Source: Candidatus Falkowbacteria bacterium
GTDB taxonomy: Bacteria > Patescibacteriota > Patescibacteriia > Patescibacteriales > GWE2-39-37
Direction of reading: 5' to 3'
Length of the DNA stretch: 64,000 bases
Assembly: GCA_013336275.1 (NCBI GenBank)
Contig: JAAXUA010000002.1
Coordinates: 127,904-191,903 of the forward strand
The translations under genes were made by a program, and so were the position numbers. How positions within the stretch are numbered: position 1 is the first letter of the stretch; each line of letters begins with the position of its first letter. Below the pieces are notes generated by a model that was given only the letters and a program-made list of their open reading frames with translations, was not told the origin of the DNA and ran no database searches. Below are positions 49,719 to 61,700 of this stretch, one piece after another.

Positions 49719-50333
49719 ATGAAGCTGCTCGCCAGAAAAAAAGTCATTGCCGCTCTCGTGCCGCTGGCCGCACTGGGAATGATGATACCGCGAACAGTCT
49801 CTCCGGCACTGGCCGAGGAGCTGCTTTCCGATCAGACCTTTGTCTTGAATGAGCCGATTATGGCGGGTACGCAAGAAATCGCACCTCTTGGGCCGGCGGG
49901 CGATGATTACGATTACACAAGGAGCGCTTCGCTCAGCATCGAAGCCGACTTGCCGGCAGCCGTTACGCTTGGTCAGACCATCAGCGTCAGGCTGATGGTC
50001 AATCCCGGAGAGTCGGCCATAAACGTGGCCAAGGCGAGCCTTGCCTACACGGCCGAGACGCTTACGCTTGTCGCTATTGACGGTGAAGACGCGCCCTTCT
50101 CGATCATTTTCGATAATCAGACCGGCATCGGCGAGCTGGCAGTAACCGGCATGCAGCCGGCACCGGGCATCAGCGCCAAGGCGCAAGTGGCGGAACTGTA
50201 TTTCATCGCAGCGGCTCCTGGTGAGGCGAGGATCGATTTTCTGCCCGGTTCGATGGTTTTGGCTAATGACGGTTACGGTTCAGACGTTCTGGCATCAGCC
50301 CAGGGCACGGCTTTCGCAATTAGCAGTTATTAA
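49719..50333 (+). CDS. Secreted cohesin-domain protein
   Basis: Signal peptide; INVAKASLAY, VAELYF, VLANDGYGSDVL. Confidence 0.8.
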   Translation: MKLLARKKVIAALVPLAALGMMIPRTVSPALAEELLSDQTFVLNEPIMAGTQEIAPLGPAGDDYDYTRSASLSIEADLPAAVTLGQTISVRLMVNPGESAINVAKASLAYTAETLTLVAIDGEDAPFSIIFDNQTGIGELAVTGMQPAPGISAKAQVAELYFIAAAPGEARIDFLPGSMVLANDGYGSDVLASAQGTAFAISSY

Positions 50334-50379
50334 AGGTAGGGCAGGGATGTTTCGCCAAGGGGCGTTTTTTTTGTTTTTT

Positions 50380-50619
50380 CATGGCTGCTCTTTAGGATTT
50401 TTTCTGAAAGCTGTTCATCATCACTCCTGACGGAGCTGATGATGAACCGACGGCTCACCTGCCGTCGTCCTTGCGGAGCCTTTATTGATTATACTGTTCC
50501 TCTTGCTCCTTACGGAGACTACGAGGAACTGGTATAAAGCTGTTCTCTTCGGTCCTTGCGGACCCTTCAGAGAACTGGCAGCTCACTCGCTGCCAACTCG
50601 CTGCCAACTCGCAGCCATG
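50380..50619 (-). ncRNA. Candidate structured RNA or REP-like hairpin array
   Basis: Closing 9-bp inverted repeat, three related long hairpins and further short ones; minus-strand loops GCAA/GTAA/GCAA/GTCA. Confidence 0.5.
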
Positions 50620-50672
50620 GACAAAATAGTTGAAATCTGTTATTCTTTGGTGGTACTAAAATAATATTTCAT

Positions 50673-52124
50673 ATGGCAGAAGAAGTAATCTTGAGGTTTG
50701 ACGAAGTCAGCTTCGAATATATCCACAAAAAACCGACTTTAGACGAGGCCAGCTTCAGCGTGCGCCGCGGCTCTAAAATTACCCTGATGGGCCAAAATGG
50801 CGCCGGTAAAAGCACCTTGTTCGGCCTGATCAAGGGCGAGCTCAAGCCTAAGAGCGGTAAGATTTCCATGCCCTCGGGCAGTACTATCGGCACCGCCAAG
50901 CAGACCGTTTCCAGGGAAGACTTGGAGTTGACGGTCGAGGCTTATTTCGCCAAGGCTTTCGAGGTCGTGCCAGCTAATCTGGCTAGCCGCATCAGCAAGG
51001 TGCTGGAGGCAGTCAATCTGGTCATCCCGACGGAGCGCAAAGTCGGCGAGATGTCCGGCGGCCAGCAGGCCCGCCTGCTCTTGGCGATCGCCTTGATCCA
51101 GAATCCGGACATCCTGCTCTTGGATGAGCCGACCAACAATCTGGACAAAGAGGGGATTGACCATCTGGTCACCTTTCTGGTCATGTATGAGAAAACAGTC
51201 ATAGTAATTTCCCATGACGCCGATTTTTTGAATTGCTTCACCGAAGGCGTCATCTATCTGGATATCCACACTCACAAGATCGAGACTTATGTCGGCGACT
51301 ATTTTACGGTGGTCGAAGAGATCGCTAAGCGGGTCGAGCGTGAAAAGATGAAAAATGCTCAGCTCGAGAAGCAGATCAAGGACCGCAAGGAAAAAGTCAA
51401 CTTTTTCGCCAACAAAGGCGGCAAGATGCGCAAATTAGCTTCGAAGCTTAAAGAGGAGACAGCCGAACTGGAAGATAACATGGTCGATGTCCGCAAGGAA
51501 GACCGCACGATCCGCAAGTTTAGTATCCCCGTCCAGGATGTCAGCGGCGAGATCGTCAAGATCGAGTCAGTCAAAGTCATCCGCAACCACGAGCCGATCA
51601 TCAAGGAAGTGAACATAATTCTGCGCAAGCGCAGCCGGTTGCTGGTCTCTGGGCCGAACGGTGTGGGTAAGAGCACCTTTTTGCGCACATTGGTTTCGCG
51701 CAATCACGAGGGAGCTAAAATAATGGAGGGCATCCGAGTCGGCTATTATAGCCAGGATTTCGCCACGCTGGATTTCAATGATACAGTTTTCGAGTCGTTG
51801 CAACGAGCAGCCGCAGACGGCATCGACGATCAGGAGATGCGCAATGTGGCCGGAGGCTTCATGGTGGCCGGTGATCTTTTGGGCCAGCAGGTCGGTGCTT
51901 TATCGGAGGGGCAGAAAGGCTTGCTGTCTTTCGCCCGGCTGGTATTGATGCAGCCAGCAATCATCATCCTGGATGAGCCGACAAATCATATCAACTTCCG
52001 TCATATTCCGGTTATCGCCAAGGCCATTGACGACTTCGAGGGAGCGATCATCATGATCAGCCATATGCCCGAGTTCGTGAAGGAGATAGAATTTACTGAA
52101 TTTTTGGATTTAGGCAAGGTATAG
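50673..52124 (+). CDS. ABC-F family ATPase
   Basis: Two ABC domains (GQNGAGKST, SGGQ, LDEPTN; GPNGVGKST, SEGQ, LDEPTN), coiled linker, no TM. Confidence 0.93.
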   Translation: MAEEVILRFDEVSFEYIHKKPTLDEASFSVRRGSKITLMGQNGAGKSTLFGLIKGELKPKSGKISMPSGSTIGTAKQTVSREDLELTVEAYFAKAFEVVPANLASRISKVLEAVNLVIPTERKVGEMSGGQQARLLLAIALIQNPDILLLDEPTNNLDKEGIDHLVTFLVMYEKTVIVISHDADFLNCFTEGVIYLDIHTHKIETYVGDYFTVVEEIAKRVEREKMKNAQLEKQIKDRKEKVNFFANKGGKMRKLASKLKEETAELEDNMVDVRKEDRTIRKFSIPVQDVSGEIVKIESVKVIRNHEPIIKEVNIILRKRSRLLVSGPNGVGKSTFLRTLVSRNHEGAKIMEGIRVGYYSQDFATLDFNDTVFESLQRAAADGIDDQEMRNVAGGFMVAGDLLGQQVGALSEGQKGLLSFARLVLMQPAIIILDEPTNHINFRHIPVIAKAIDDFEGAIIMISHMPEFVKEIEFTEFLDLGKV

Positions 52125-52144
52125 TCAAATATTCTGCGATAGCT

Positions 52145-52173
52145 ACGCCCCGGTTTCTGCCGGGGCGTTTTTT
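52145..52173 (+). terminator. Intrinsic terminator
   Basis: acgccccgg-tttctg-ccggggcgt-ttttt. Confidence 0.85.
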
Positions 52174-52230
52174 GTATAAAGGCTTGTTTTACCCAGTGTA
52201 TTTGATTAATTTTATTTCCGGCTCATCCTC

Positions 52231-52316
52231 TTGCACCTGTTCTGACCATTATGGTATAATAATTACATAATCTCGATGGTCGAGAAAATCGGTTTTAAAA
52301 ATCTCGATGGTCGAGA
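52231..52316 (+). promoter_or_regulatory. Extended -10 promoter followed by two identical 15-bp palindromic sites
   Basis: TTGCAC-18 bp-TATAAT with TG; TCTCGA-TGG-TCGAGA at 52271 and 52302. Confidence 0.75.
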
Positions 52317-52340
52317 TTTATATAAAATTAGCAAAATAGT

Positions 52341-52760
52341 ATGCCAGGTCAGGAAAACTTCATCAGCTTGAAGGAAGCGTCGAAAATTTCCGGTTATAGC
52401 CCGGACTATATCGGCCAGCTGATTCGCTCCGGCAAGATATCCGGCAAGCAGGTTTACACCAATGTCTCGTGGATGACCACCCCCGAGGCGGTTCTGGCCT
52501 ATAAGCAGGGCAAGGAGTCTCAGAAAAGCGATAAGGTTAGCCTAAAGGAGTATCTTGTGACCAGACAGAGAAAAGCGAGGATGGAACTAGATATCTTGCT
52601 GCTTTTTTTCAAGACTTTCAAATCAGTTTTGCCGATATTGGCTATTTTAATCTGCAGTTTTTTCTTTTTGATACTGACAATGATGAATTATCTTTCCGAT
52701 AAGCGCGTGTTGGGCAATGACCCGGCCTTTAATTCAAATATTAGCGAATTCTCATTTTGA
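52341..52760 (+). CDS. Helix-turn-helix (excisionase/MerR-like) protein with a C-terminal TM
   Basis: ISLKEAS..SGYSPDYIGQLIRSGKI; hydrophobic C-terminal helix. Confidence 0.85.
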   Translation: MPGQENFISLKEASKISGYSPDYIGQLIRSGKISGKQVYTNVSWMTTPEAVLAYKQGKESQKSDKVSLKEYLVTRQRKARMELDILLLFFKTFKSVLPILAILICSFFFLILTMMNYLSDKRVLGNDPAFNSNISEFSF

Positions 52761-52782
52761 TCTGACCCCTTAACCTTTCCCC

Positions 52783-55700
52783 ATGCTCAAGAAGGTTAAA
52801 ACAATCATCAGCAAAACAAAGCGTCTTTTTGCTCAAAATAAGCAAGAGCTTCGCCGTTCCCGGCCCGCTGTCCGCCTAATGCAGGACATCGTGCCGCCTA
52901 GCGTCTTGCGGATTTCCAATGAGGTCTTGGGCATTAAAGAATATAGTTCTGACAATCTGAAAATTTTCGGCAGAGCCTGGCGCGGAGCGATCGGGCTTTT
53001 CTTTTTGTTTTGGACCATCACCGGAGTCGGTCCGATCGAGCTTTTGCGTAATTCGGTAGCGGCTTTGGCAGGAGAGGACATCAAGGCCGTCAATCTTTAT
53101 GCAGGCAATTGTTCAGGCGGAATTGCTGCCTCGAGCAGTTGGCAGGGTGTGGGTAACGCAAGCGGCGCCCCCAGTCTTGAAGAAGGCGCATCGAGCACGG
53201 ATTTCAATGCCGCTAATTCAGCGGCTTATCGGGGCGGACGAGATTCTCTTGTTTGCGCCGGATTTACCACGGAACAGCCGGAAATCATGAAAGTCGATCT
53301 CGAAGAGCCAGACCAGGACGCAGAAGCCTTAGATGCCAAACAGCCCGAGGCTGTGGCAGAAAATGATGGACAAGATATTCCGGCAGACAGCCCGGTTGCC
53401 GCAGCCGAGGAGGCGCCGGCTCCAGCTGCTGAAAAAGAGGATAAGGTTGAAGTAATAATCGAAGAGCCGGTCGTCACGTCTGATGAGCCCTCTGCTGCTG
53501 AGCAGGCTACCGAACAGCCAACCGAGATTTCGCCAGAACCGGTGCTGGAGACTGATATCCCAGCTGAGCAGGCGGAACCCAGCCAGCTGCAAGAGGCGGC
53601 CGAGGCCATCGTTGAAACGGTTGCTGAAATCAAAGAAGCGGTCGATTACCTTGTCGACCAGGTCGTCCTGATGGCCGGAGCGAAAGAGGACAAGGCCGAA
53701 CTCAAGGACCTGGGCAGGCTGAAAGGCGCAAAAATTAATCTGTCTTTGGCCCAAAGCTTTGCCGGCCAAGCCGAGCTGGGTAGTGATAATTCGGGTGAGA
53801 CGGCTTCGGCTAGCACTACGGCAAGCCGGGGCGTGAAGGTTCTGTATTCCACTGACATGCCGGGAGCAGACTCACCAGACAGCAAGCAATGGCATGAGTT
53901 GGCTGACTTGCCAGAGATCGATCTGTCAGCTTGCGCTGAGGCCACTTCGAGCGACTGTTACATAGCGGCTTTGGCGGGCTATGCCCAGGCTGGCCGTCTT
54001 TCCTTTGACGCACCTGAGCTCAAGTCGTGGCAGGATGTCGAGGGGCTGCAGGTCAAGATCGAGGGTCAGTCGGAAAACGGAGACTACGGCCTTGATCTCG
54101 ATAGCGTCTGGGTGACTGCCGAGTACGATGGCAATAAGGAAGAAATAGATCTGGATGACGGCTACGAGACGGCTGATAAGATATTTGTTGATGGCAAAGA
54201 AATCGTTTTTGAATTCACCGATGACAATAGCGATGAGAACCTGATTATCAAATCAAATAGCAAAGATTATTTCGGCGTCACGGATGCCATAGTCTATTTC
54301 AGTGTTACCAATGCCTCGACCGAGCGCGAGCTGGTGAATCTGCAGGTCCACTTTCCGGAAGACAAAGGCAGCGTCGCCAAGCTGGAACAGCTGAACAGGA
54401 ATATTTGGACCGAGGCCGAACTGGAAGGCGGAGAACTGCCGCCGCCGAACGTTTTCAAGCAAGTCTTCGGCCAGGAAATCAAGCGCAAACATGTACCCGA
54501 GACGATGCGGGCCAAGAACAGTACCAAAGGCAGCGGGCAAGCCCTTGCCCCGGGCAAGACGCGCTATTACAAGATGCGCATCGCTTATCCGGCGAGCACC
54601 AGAGGCGAATTCTTTATCGAGGCCATGGGCGATGGCCAGGGGTATGGTCTCTTGGATCCGTGGTGGAACGGCTCATGGCCCTATAAGTTGCCGATAACCA
54701 TTAACAACACCGCCAACTCTTCGGCGCTGACTGATTATCAAGTGCTGGTCGAAATAGCCTCGACTACTGCCGGGTTCTGGGACAACGTCAATGCCGACGG
54801 TTCGGATATCCGTTTCGTCAACAGCGCCCAGGATACGCAGCTGGATTTCTGGGTGCAGTATTTCAACAAGACCAGTTCAAGCACGCAGATCTGGGTCCAG
54901 GTCGACTCGATACCGGCTGCCTCATCCAGCCAGATCTATCTCTATTACGGCAACGCCGCCGCCGCCTCGACCAGCGACATGTATTCGACTTTCAGCTATG
55001 CCACGATGCAGGATCTCTACTATGTGGTCAGGAACGGAACCGTCTCGACGACAACGGTGACGGTGGTCAGCTTGATCGACAATAACCAAGTCCAACTCAA
55101 CAACGGCACGACCTATAATCTGAATCGCCAGCAGATAGCTACCATTACGCCGTTGACGGCCACCTCCACCTTGCGAGCGAAGGGGCCGGTCCAGGCCAGC
55201 ATAACGGGCGTCGCGGCAGGCGCAACCATGGTGCCGATCTCTTATGCCGGCACGCAGTTCGTCATGCCTTTCAGCTCCGGCACCACCGAGACCTGGTCCC
55301 GCTACGCTCCGTTCCTCCGAGCGACCACCACGATCTATAACGGCAACACTCTGGGTAATACCACGGCTATCAATCCCGGCTTCGCCGCCTCGACCGCTTA
55401 CAACATCACTACTGCCGGGCGCCTGCTATCGACCAATCCGATCTTGGCATCGTATTACGCCACGACCGCTGCTTACTCCGGCGCGATCTATCCGGCGACC
55501 ACGCGCGACCTTTACGGTATCCGTTCGGGCACCAACCCGATCGGCTTCACCGCCACTACGACGTTTGCCATCTATTGTTCCAGCGGCGCCAGTGCCACCA
55601 ATCAGGTCGGTAGCACGACTGCCGCCTATTTGAATACGACTTGCGCTACCGTGACCGAGGGCGGCGGCAATGCCGTCCGTCTGACCAATCAGACCTATCC

Positions 55701-58700
55701 GATCGGTTCATATTCGTATAACGACTCTGATGGCGTCTCGATGTCGATGTTCATGCCCGACATCGAGCTCTCGACCGAGTATATGGTGCCGCGCAATGCC
55801 GCCTACATCGCTGTAGCTTGCGTGCCGAAGCATGGCACGACCACCCTGAGCATTTATAATCCAAGCAATGTTTTCGTGGCCAGTTCGACCTGCACCACTA
55901 CCCCGACCAATCCGGGGAAAAGGCTGTTCGGCGTAGCTGATGCCTCGACCTATGCTGCCGGTTCGCGCATCGTCTCGACTGACGGCAAACCGTTCTATGC
56001 TTATTATGAAGATGTCGAGCAGGTGGCGATTACTGGTGCCGGCGGCGACGAAAGCAATTTTTTGGGTGCAGTCCAAGCCAGGAAGCAGGCTACCACCACC
56101 CCGATAGTCACCTTGGGTGAGGAACAATCGAGCAAGATAGTTGTTTCGGGCAAAGTCTATAGCGACCAAGGCGTGACGCCCCTCCTGACCAGGCCGGTGG
56201 TCAATCTAGCTGTCGGCGGCACCTTTGTCGCTTCGACCACCGCCTCATCGACTGACGGCAGCTTTTCTATCGGTAATGTCACTATGCCGGAGACTGGCAG
56301 CAGTACCATCGTCTATCTTGCCAGCACGACTGTCTCCGGCGTCGCTTACGACCGCTACTCAGGCGCGGATAATGTCATAGGTTTGGATATTTATCAGAAC
56401 CACATCATCGTGCGCAACGATGATAGCGGTCCGGTCACCAACGCCACCATCGACCGCTATGACGCCGATCAGGATCCGTTCATCAAGGTCCTGGTGTCTT
56501 CTGGGAATATGTCAGCTTCTTCGACTCAGCGGCTCTATGTCTGGCCGGGGAGCACTTATCAGCCGGGCGGCACCGTGACGCTGCCTGCGGGCGGGGGCGG
56601 CATAGGCGGCAGCTTGGTGGTCGCCACCTCTTCGATCTTGAACGCCGAAGCCAATACGGTTTCCGTCGGTTCCAGTTGGACCAATCTGGGAGAATTCCAG
56701 AAGACCGGCGCGCAGACCACCATCTTCACTGCCGCTTCGGCAGGCTTCGTTATCAGCAACAGTACCTCGACTTTCAATAATGTGATTTTCAACGGTGGCG
56801 GCGGCTGGTCATTCGCCACCAGTACCACGCTTGATGGCAATCTGACCATGGCGACCGGCACCTTGTCGGGAACCAATAATATCACCGTCAACGGAGGGGC
56901 GGCCAGCGGTGCCGGACTGATCAATCTGACTGGCGGAACATTCACTCTTGCCGGCACCGGCGATTTCGGCGGTGCGGCCGACTGGTCCTTTTACGACTTG
57001 GCTTTCGGTAATGGAGTCGCAGTCGCAACTTCGACCAAGGCCGGCGTCGGTACGACTACGGTCGCCGACAGTTTGATCTTGAATTCGAACCACATTCTTG
57101 ATGCCGGCGTTTCGGTGTGGGTGGTAGCAGGGCCTGGTCCGGCCTTGTCCGGCAACGGCAGTTTGACCGCTTCAACCTCGCTTTTCCGGTTTGTCGCTGC
57201 TAGCGGAATCGATCTTGCGCCTAAGAGCTTTTATCGACTCGTCTTGGCGCCGGGAGCCGCCGGGTCGCCGACCTATACGTTGGGCGCGGGTACTTTGTCG
57301 ACGGCGGACTATCTTCTGATCGGCAACGGGACCAATCCGGTTACGGTCACCGCGGCGGCCAGCAATACCGCTTTGGATATAAACGGGGATTTCACCATCA
57401 ACGCCTCGGCCAGTTTTGCGGCGCCGACTTCGAGCGGCTTTACGGTAGCTGGCAATTGGGAAAATGACGGGACCTTCATCAATTCGGCGGGTACCATAAC
57501 CTTCGATGCCGACAGCGCTGGCAAGGTCATTAACGCCGGCGGTTCACTTTTCAGTAAAGTGGTTTTTAATGGCACGTCTGGCGGCTGGACGATCGGAGAG
57601 AGTGCCACCTCGACCAGCGACTGGACTTTGACCGCAGGAACTTTTATCGCTTCTTCATCGATCCTGATCGAGGTCGGCGGCTTGTTTTATAACGGCATCG
57701 GCGGAGCCTCAACTACTTGGGCCGGGACGACACTCTACCTGACGGGCGGATCGCAGACTATCAGCGCTTCCACCACTCCGCCTGAAACCTATGGCACCTT
57801 GAAGGTCGGCGTTAACACCGATATCCGGATGTGGAATTCCTCGGCTTCAGCTTATAGCGTCGATCCGACCGGCTCGCTCTATTCGATGGACCATGGCAAC
57901 TCCGATGGCGCGCTAAACATTTGGGGTGATTACCACATCTCTGCCGGGACGGATGAATGGAGCTGGCAGACGGATTTCGATGGCAGCGACCTGGGAGGAG
58001 CACAAAGACAGGTACAAGTAGCTCTGGCGTCCGGCGCTACAGTTTCAGTTGATGGCGGAACCTTGGAGATGGTCGGCTCAACCACTTTACCGACCACGAT
58101 CTCGAATCAGGGAAGCGGTACCTATTCATTCAATGTCAGTGCTGGCACCATTAATGCCGATTATTATCAAATCAATAATGCCGGGACTAGCGGCCTTAAT
58201 TTTTCCGGTTCGCCAGCCGTGAATTCTCTGAATAACGGCGATTTTCAGTTAGCTGGATCGACCGGTCAGGCTATTTCCTTGACCGCCAGCGTCATTAATG
58301 CCAATCCGGGCAAGGTCATCTACGGCTGCAACTTCGCTACCACCACGGCAATAACCGCGGCTTACAATATATTTTTGGCCTCGGCCGCTTCGAGCAACTG
58401 GACCTTTGCCAATCATACAGGCAATTTCGCCGGCGATAACTACGACAGCGATCCTGGTGATCCGACCGGTTACCTTATCTGGGATGATAGCCCGGTTTAT
58501 ACGCCGAAAGCCCGCAAGTGGCGCTGGTATAATGACATTAATGCCGAGACGCCGGTCGTCCCGACAGCCGATGAAGATACGATGCCGCAAAATATCGTCA
58601 ATGGCGCCGATTTCAAGCTCAGGCAATCGATCGGCTCGGTCAATATGGCCGGCAGCAACGTCAAGATGAGGTTGCAGTACTCGACCTCTCCGACTTTTTC

Positions 58701-61700
58701 AAGCGATGTGAATTTCGTCGGCGAAATCGCTTCAACGTCGGAGGCCTGGATATATACGAACGGCACTGATAGCGACAACGCGGCCGTTTCGTCGTTGCTC
58801 TTATCGGATTCTTCAGCCACCGCCACCCACAACGAGTCCGGCACCTCGGCCTCGACCTATACTCACGCCCTGGGCGCCGTAGCCGAGTGGGAGTTCACCT
58901 TATTAGCCGCCAGCACCACTCCCGGCACGACTTATTACTTCCGGCCATATTTCAATAATAAGCCGGTGACGCTCGAGGATGGCGCCACCCGTCCGAGCGT
59001 CTACATTGCCGACAATATCTCGATTTCCGGAGCGGTTTACAGCGATGACGGATTCAGCCAGCTTCTGAGCGGCCCGGTAGTCGGATTAGCAATCGGCACC
59101 CAGCTCATCGCCACCACTACCGCTTCGACTGTCGATGGCAGTTTCATATTCAATAATATCACTCAGTTTTCAGCCGGAGGTTCGACGGCGGTTTTTCTTG
59201 ATAACTCCGTGCTAGAAGCCTCGGGCGGCATCACCTACTTCAACTCCGCCTCGACTCCGGCCGACAACGGCTCTAGCGCTACGAACCCGACCGTCGTTAC
59301 TCCACCTGTAAATATGCGAGCCGGAGATTTAGTTATACTTGAGGCGGCTCACGCTGCCGCATCGGGCGTGCTGGCCATCTCTAATGCCGGCGGCCAGACG
59401 TGGAATACGTTGACGCAGCAGAATGGGGCAGGCAATCATCGAGTCAATTTATTTTGGACTCAGTTCAACGGAACTTGGAGCGCCAACCCAAGCGTCAATA
59501 TGGTTTCGGCAGTCAATAATATCGTCGTGATGCATGTCTTCCGTCCCGGTTATTCCGGAAGCACCTGGGCAATCGATGTGCCAGAAACGAGCAACACTTA
59601 TGCCGCCGCCTCGCCGGTCACGATTACTGGCATAACGACTCAGAGCGACGGCGCCCTGGTGTTCGCGGCTTGGACTAGCGCCGATGATAACACTTGGGGC
59701 ACTTTGACGGCCGGCTGGAGCGTGGCCGGTTCTGCCCAGTATCGCAACACGAATGGCACCAGCGACCAGTCGATCAGTTCGGCGTATCGGATTTTTCCTA
59801 CAGCCACCAGCACTGGCAATGTCAGCAAGAGCCAGCTGGCCTTAGGCCCCGATGCTGGTACAAGATATATTATCGCTTTTAAGGAGGTCAAGCCGGCCTC
59901 TACTTATGGCGTCAGCTTCAACCGTTACGCCGGTTCAGGCGACGTGGCCAATCTCGACGTTTACCAGGACAGGGTCGTTGTCCGTAATGATGATGCCGGA
60001 CCGATCACCAACTCAGATATCAATAATTATGACGCTGACCAGAATTCGCAGATCAAGGCCGGCGTCGCATCTAGTAATCTGACTTTGCCGGCGTCGCAGA
60101 TGCTTTATATCTGGCCCAATAGCACTTTCCGACCAGGAGGGCAGGTCGCCTTGCTGCCAGGCGCCGCGCCAGCCGCGATTGGCGGAGATTTGCTGATCAA
60201 TACCGGGTCCATCTTCAATGCCGAATCGAATGCCGTTTCGATCGGGGGCAATTGGACCAATCTGGGAGAATTCCAATCGAATGCCGGAGAAACAGTCTCA
60301 TTTACGGCCACCTCCACCGGTTACGATATCACGACCGGCGGCTTCGGCTTCAAGGATCTGGCCTTCACCGGTGTCGGCGGCGGCTGGTCTTTCTCTGATA
60401 CGGCGACCATCAACGGCAACCTGAATATGGCTACGGGCACACTGTCCGGTACGACCAGCGTCTTGGTCAAGGGCGGCAGTGCGACCGGGGACGGCACGAT
60501 CAATCTGACTGGTGGCATATTCACTATCGACGGTACCGGAATTTTCGGCGGCGCGACCGATTGGAGCTTCTACGGACTGGAAATCGGCGATGCCGTCTGG
60601 ACTGATGTCACCTCGAAGACGGGTACCAACAACATCTTGGTCCGCGGCCCGATGACTATCAATAGCGGACAGACGCTCAATGCCAGTACTAGTACCTGGA
60701 CTCTGGCGGGTAACGGCAATCCGCTGGCAGTCGATGGTGTTTTTAATCCGGAACAGTCCACTTTCAAATTTACGTCCGTCAACAATATCGATCTTACGCC
60801 GGTCACTTTCTACAATTTGGAGCTGTCGCCCAGCGGTGCCGGTTCGCCGACTTACGCGTTCTACGGCGGTACGCTGGCGACGAACAATTATCTATATATC
60901 GGCGATGGCACCAATCCGGTCACGGTAACGACCAATGTCGACAATCCGGTCTTCGATATCAATGGCGACTTCTCGATCCGCAGCGGCGCCACTTTCGTCG
61001 GCTCAGCCTTCAGCCCGTTCTATGCCGGAGGAGATTGGCAGAATAACGGAACTTATGCCAGCAATAACGGCACCGTAGTCTTCGATGCCGCCGCCACGGG
61101 CAAGACGGTCGATGCGGGAGACTCGCCTTTCCACAACGTCGAGTTCAACGGACCGTCTGGGGGGTGGACCGTGAACGCCAACGCCACCTCGACCAACGGC
61201 TTCAGCCTGCTTGCCGGCCAGGACTTCACTCTTTCTCCGGCCGCGACTCTGGTAGTGTCTAATATTTTCAATAATGCCTTCAACCCCGCCTCGACCACCT
61301 GGACCGGCTCGATCCTTCACTTCGCCGGCAGCTCGCGGACTATCAATGGCAAAGCCAGCACCTCGGACGCTTATGGCACCATCAAGGTCGGAGCTGATAC
61401 CGATATCAGGATGTGGAATTCTTCGGCCACTGCTTACGATATCGACCCGACCAGCTCGTTCTATTCGATGGATCATGGCAATATCGACGGTTCGCTCTTC
61501 ATCTGGGGGGATTACCACGTCGGAGCAGGGCAGACCGAGTACTGGAATTGGCAGACCGACTTCGACGGCGTTTCGCTCTCCGGTTCGGAGCGCCAAGCGA
61601 ACGTGCGGCTGGCCTCGAGCACTAACGTCACCGTTGATGGCGGCACCTTGCAGCTGTTAGGTACCTCGACCGCTACGACGACAGTAGATAATCAGGGTTC

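Noticed and set aside
50380-50619. CRISPR array or integron attC sites
   Set aside because: No identical repeats with unique spacers; units run GTT...AAC, the reverse of attC order; no cas or intI in the window
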